The notes beneath the pieces are model-generated. The model had not been told where the DNA came from. It worked only from the letters and a program-made list of their open reading frames with translations, and made no database searches. A stretch of DNA of 26,466 bases from Paraphysomonas bandaiensis (Eukaryota > Protista > Chrysophyceae): NCBI GenBank assembly GCA_965644295.1, contig CBFFRP010000194.1:1-26466 (forward strand), written 5' to 3'. A program made the translations under genes and the position numbers. Every line of letters begins with the position of its first letter. Positions within the stretch are counted from its first letter, which is position 1. Positions 21,928-26,466 of this stretch are shown here, one piece after another.

Positions 21928-23767
21928 CTATCTGCGGTACACTTTTCCCCGTTGGGACCCACCTCCTCTGGAAAACGCTGACCCGGGGCGTTTGAATCTA
22001 CTACTGTGTTCTACTTCATTCGTGCGGTATCCATTCCCAGCTTTGCTCTCTATATTTCTGCTCTCCCTATTCCTGTTATATCCGCGCGGTCTATTGTTAT
22101 CATCACTGTCTGTGCAGACAATCTTACGTCCCCTCTTTTCCCTACGCGGCTCATATGTATTATCGATGTATTCATCATCGATTGGGTCATCGAACATATC
22201 CCGACCAGAGGCATCCCTGGAGCTTTGGTCTTGCCTACGGTTGCTCGGCTGCTGCAAACGCGGACGCTGATTACTCTGATCTCGCCTACTACTCTCGCGA
22301 CCCCTGCCTTCTCTGCTTACGTCTAATTTCGTTTTAGATAAATCTGAAAAATATACTACATCACGTCAGAAATAAATAGTGAGGAAGATACTTACATGGA
22401 TTTCTACAAGATGGTTCTGTTTCTGGGTTATTCACATAATCAGCATGGTGCCCCGCCAATCCGCAGGTAGGACAGTATAGTCTCCTGCGACTGAAATATT
22501 AGAACAAGAATAGCCTGAAAGCAAAAACTGACTTATCATGCACAGGCGGCAATGTGAGACACATGCAGTGTCCTGTCTTCCCGCAGGACATGCAGAGGGT
22601 AGTATCGAGAGGACCTTCTATCTTGTTGCGAGCAGTAGCAGAGTCCATACGGCAAAAACGCTTATCATGGGTACGCGATCCACACAGAGTGCATACAACT
22701 GGCCGCATCCCCTTATTGGCAGATTGACAGTTACGGGAGTGATGACCAAAAGTGAAGCATCGGTAGCATGCAATATTAGGACAGTCCACAGGCTCATGGT
22801 CTGTTCCCGCACAGAGGTGGCATGGAGGCATTACTTCATCATTCGGGCACTCTGCTTGTCGGTGACCCGTCTCACCACAAGAATGACATTTCGACGATAT
22901 ATCACCCCCAAAGTACCTTCTACCCTGACCTCCTAGGCTCTGGCGCTGATTTCCTGTCCCCTCCACCTTTACACGCACTGGTCGACCACCAATATCTTTT
23001 TCCTGGAGCTTGTCTGTGCACTCCGACAAATATTCCGATGCGACTGTTGAGGGGGGTAGATTTAGCACTGCCACTGCCATGCCAGAGGGGCGGTTACTCT
23101 TGCGATCCATCACTATTTCTACGCTCTCGAAAGAAACTCCGTGCCCACGGGCTGCAGAGATTATCTGCATCCGTTGTTACATACTTCACGTAAATTATAC
23201 AGATGCGGCACTAACCTTGCCTTCCGATATGGTATAGGGAAGGTTGAAGAGGCGTAGTTTATATGTCGTATTATCTTCGGATTCACTATCACTATCAGAT
23301 GTTTCCTCATCACTATTTAGTATTCTTCCATTTACATCATACTCATCACTACTTTCACTCTCGACATCATGTTGCTCTACAGGCAGCACATTTTTTGCAC
23401 TGCTATGAAATTCCCGAAGCAAATCATCACGCAATGGACACAGCGCAGGAGCTTCAAGAATTACAGGTGCCCTCTTTTGACTTAAAAAATTTGAAAGATA
23501 TGTAGAAACTGTTTTACCAGATTGTAATACTTCACTCGTATTACTATGTGAATGGTTTGAGTGAGTGGTGTCATCATGTATACATCGCTGTCTTTTTCCT
23601 AATGAAACATTCACTTCATCATTTTTTGCATCATATATTAAAGTTTTTGATGTAGTTTGAATTGTTTTTGATATTGATGATAGTTGATCATGTGAATTGT
23701 TTGATGTATCACTATCATTCTCCTCATCTGATGAGAGTAAACTCTCTTGAAATAATAATTTACTCAT
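21928..23767 (-). CDS. RRM plus multiple CCHC zinc-knuckle protein (Air1/Air2/ZCCHC7-like), multi-exon
   Basis: Acidic N-terminus; RRM (LRLFNLPY..RPSGMAVAV..IGGRPVRV) split by intron 23215-23165; knuckles CHSCGETGH..C, CHLC..H..C, CYRC..GH..C, CTLC..H..C, then CMSCGKTGH and YCPTCGLAGH; R/D/G-rich tail. 3' exon boundaries not fully resolved. Confidence 0.8.
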
Positions 23768-24144
23768 ATATTTGATTATATGTATAGTAATCTGATGAAT
23801 AGTATACTCATTCGAGTGTTTATTCTGCTGGTGGTTAGGTTGATTGTATGTATGTATGTATGTGTGTGTGTTAATGTGGTAGGAGGCTGAGAGGAGAGTG
23901 ATCCACAACTTCTCCAGTATATGTATGTGTACCTATACAGCAGTATACACCAGTACTCAAGTCTAGACAGAGTAGGAACTATTGGACACGTACGTAGGTA
24001 TCATACAGCACAATAATGTATGTATGGGTTTTGTATTGCAAACCCCTAAAAATTGATCCACAGGAGGGATTTATAGACCCGAAAAGCTATGAAATACACA
24101 GTTTTTTATGATGTATATATATCTAGAAATGCATACGTGGAATA

Positions 24145-24295
24145 CGTATCGGCAGTGAACATCTTCTTTTTCGGTAATAAAATGAAGTAGAAATCCTCTT
24201 TAGAACTTCAGTATAATTACGGCTGGAACACACATAATTGTTGTCTCAATATTAGAGGCATATTTGAACAAAAATACACAAAGGATGCCGATACG
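24145..24295. mobile_element. Putative TA-flanked MITE (Tc1/mariner-type)
   Basis: Perfect 13-bp inverted repeat ATACGTATCGGCA (24142-24154) / TGCCGATACGTAT (24286-24298); single copy in the window. Confidence 0.5.
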
Positions 24296-24403
24296 TATAT
24301 GTGTGTGTATATCTCATAGTTAACTGTCATTGTCCATAGCACACATTATCAATCGACTTATCTCCATTATTGCAATTTATTATAAAAGAATAGTGTGACA
24401 GTT

Positions 24404-25034
24404 ATGGAGGAGGAGCCATTTGTGCGTAGATTTGCAATAAAGTACAGTCCTCCAACACTAGGTACTTATAAGCCTATACATACATATACATATACATACA
24501 TATATATACATACATGTACATACATATACATACATATATATATAATACTCTTGCAGTTGTAGAATATAAATCTGGTTCCAGTATATTTTTAAAGAAAATA
24601 CGAATTAAGAAAAGAAAGAATATTGTGAGTGATGTGATCTGATACGGATTAGATGTGTTGATTGTATCATATGAGTAGACAGAGGAGAGGATCTGTGATA
24701 AGCTTATGGAAATGTACCCTTCAGTTCTTGGACCAGACAAAATAGACAAAGAGCAATTGTTGGACCTTATCAAATTGCTTTTGACTGACAACGGCAGTGA
24801 AGATTTAATCACAGATGATGTCGATTTGAATAAAGTTGATGATGTAAGTTACATACACTTAACGTACGTCATTGTCATATACAATAGGAAAAACTCATGA
24901 AAGCGAAGGCACAAATGGACGTTAATTTTGAAAAACATCGCATATTGCCTGGTGATCCAGGGTATGTGTGGGATAAACAGGTAGAATTTGAAGAAGGCGA
25001 CGAGGACTGTGACTGGGATGAAGATAGTGACTAA
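24404..25034 (+). CDS. CEP19: Centrosomal protein CEP19, 145 aa; join(24404-24461,24557-24624,24679-24843,24888-25034)
   Basis: AIKYSPPTLVVEY and DLNKVDDEKLMKAKAQMDVNFEKHRILPGDPGYVWDKQVEF...CDWD match the CEP19 signature as I recall it; all introns are GT-AG and in phase. Confidence 0.9.
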
Positions 25035-25822
25035 GTACATACTTTCCTTGTTAAAATTTTATGTTTACTCTTTTGTATGGATATGTAACTGTGGGATTGT
25101 TCTGTATGTCATTGGTGATAATAAGAATGGATGCGCACTGCGTTCTGTATTTCAAAGAACCCCACAGCGATATGTTGATGGTACGCAATTCCACTGGAAA
25201 GTAGCATTATTCACCTGAAATAATCAGGAATCGTGCATGATGTTTCAGAATATCGTAAGTTGTAATGACTGGTGCAGATTTTTGTGTTTAGTTTTTTCCG
25301 TTGATTATTTGAATTTCGTTCAAGTCCTACATACCGAAAAAGATATACCTACATATCTACATATGACATACCTTTGTACTTTATAGTGCCCCAATGTCAC
25401 CACCGATTCTCCTTGTAACTCCTTTTTTCTCTCCCTATTTTCAGTGAAGTAACGACACCACAGCAATTCCTCGCGTTCTTTTTCACCAAAGTGATAGGCG
25501 ACACATGATGTTATATGTTATCCAGAAACTTCTTCTAACCTTACTGGGGTTAAGTGGTAAGTGGTGATCCTTCATATTTCCAAAGAGGGATAAAAACAAT
25601 AATGCTTGCTAATCAAGCTTACATGATTACTATTAGTAGTAGTAATACGTCCCATTGTATTCAGTAAAACATTGGATGAATATGCAAGTTCACCAAACAC
25701 CGTCATTTTTAGCGTAATTCCGTTGGATGCACACCAACTCTCCAAGTAAATTTTGAACTTTGCGTATATATTGGTTGTTCTATATTGGTTGTCTATAAAT
25801 TCATATTTAGTTTCAATCTCTC

Positions 25823-25884
25823 GACGCACAAGCAGCCTCCGTAGTGTTAAATAGTAGGATAATAGAGTTTTTACTAGTTAGTTA
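25823..25884 (+). repeat. Truncated copy of the dispersed repeat family
   Basis: GACGCACAAGCAGC..GTAG..TAAATAGTAGGAT..TAGAGTT..AGTTAGTTA matches 21624-21686. Confidence 0.75.
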
Positions 25885-26043
25885 CAGGTAGAAAAAAACG
25901 GGGAGGCGGGACAAGAGGGGGCCTCTTTTTCTACCCCACTGCCCCTCAAGGGGCCTCTTCTCTTCGAGTGTTTCCAATTACAACCTTCGGTTGTAATTCC
26001 TTCTCTTTGTAAGTTTAACTTATAACTTATTATTAATAAGTTA

Positions 26044-26146
26044 TAATTACTTTATATATTATTTATATTCTTAAATAAAATTAATTACTTTATATATTAT
26101 TTATATTCTTAAATAAAATTAATAACTTTATATATTATTTATATTG
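26044..26146. repeat. 38-bp AT-rich tandem repeat, ~2.7 copies
   Basis: TAATTACTTTATATATTATTTATATTCTTAAATAAAAT repeated. Confidence 0.9.
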
Positions 26147-26333
26147 TTATAATAAAAAGTAATATAGATAACAAAGTAGATTTAATAAGTAGATTTAATA
26201 GTAGATATAGAGAGAGGGAAAAATTAAAATGAAAAATAATTTAAATTTGTAAAGGTTATAAAACCCCGGGATTCTACCATTAAAACTACTTATTAAATCT
26301 ACTTTGTTATCTATATGACTTTTTTATAATAAT
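26143..26333. repeat. Inverted repeat with ~60-bp arms (26143-26205 / 26273-26333)
   Basis: ATATAGATAACAAAGTAGATTTAATAAGTAG is perfectly mirrored, with imperfect extensions. Confidence 0.9.
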
Positions 26334-26344
26334 GTCTAATGGCA

Positions 26345-26443
26345 ATGCTTAAAGCTCTGGAATGTAGTTGTAGTGATATAATGGCGAATATGCTTAAAGC
26401 TCTGGAATGTAGTTGTAGTGATATAATGGCGAAGCTTTAAGCA
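26345..26443. repeat. 45-bp tandem duplication closed by an 11-bp inverted repeat
   Basis: ATGCTTAAAGCTCTGGAATGTAGTTGTAGTGATATAATGGCGAA x2, then AGCTTTAAGCA. Confidence 0.9.
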
Positions 26444-26466
26444 AAAACGTCCCAATTTTTATATAA

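Noticed and set aside
26044-26443. CRISPR-like array
   Set aside because: Repeats are contiguous without unique spacers, there are no cas genes, and the context is eukaryotic.

Overview
Eukaryotic genomic DNA with the standard code and short GT-AG introns (mostly 43-63 nt). A CEP19 gene implies a flagellated organism; a stramenopile-like protist is my inference. Bases 1-10168 are a head-to-tail tandem of a young Ty1/copia LTR retrotransposon on the minus strand. One complete 5509-bp element (4660-10168) shares its 3' LTR with a second copy that carries a 1.12-kb microhomology-bounded internal duplication and runs off the left edge. The 294-bp LTRs have atypical TA...CA ends, gag starts inside the LTR, and the integrase has an extra C-terminal module. 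Bases ~12000-25000 hold three divergent gene pairs: DEK-C/2xSWIB with a membrane-anchored stand-alone ketosynthase (a ~437-bp (TATG)n tract lies between them), a fucosyltransferase-like gene with a coiled-coil membrane protein, and an RRM/zinc-knuckle (Air1/ZCCHC7-like) gene with CEP19. Interspersed are an old solo LTR, several MITE-like elements and a dispersed repeat family. The window ends in a hairpin- and repeat-rich AT-rich block that looks like the terminus of another element. All calls come from reading the sequence by eye; no searches were run.
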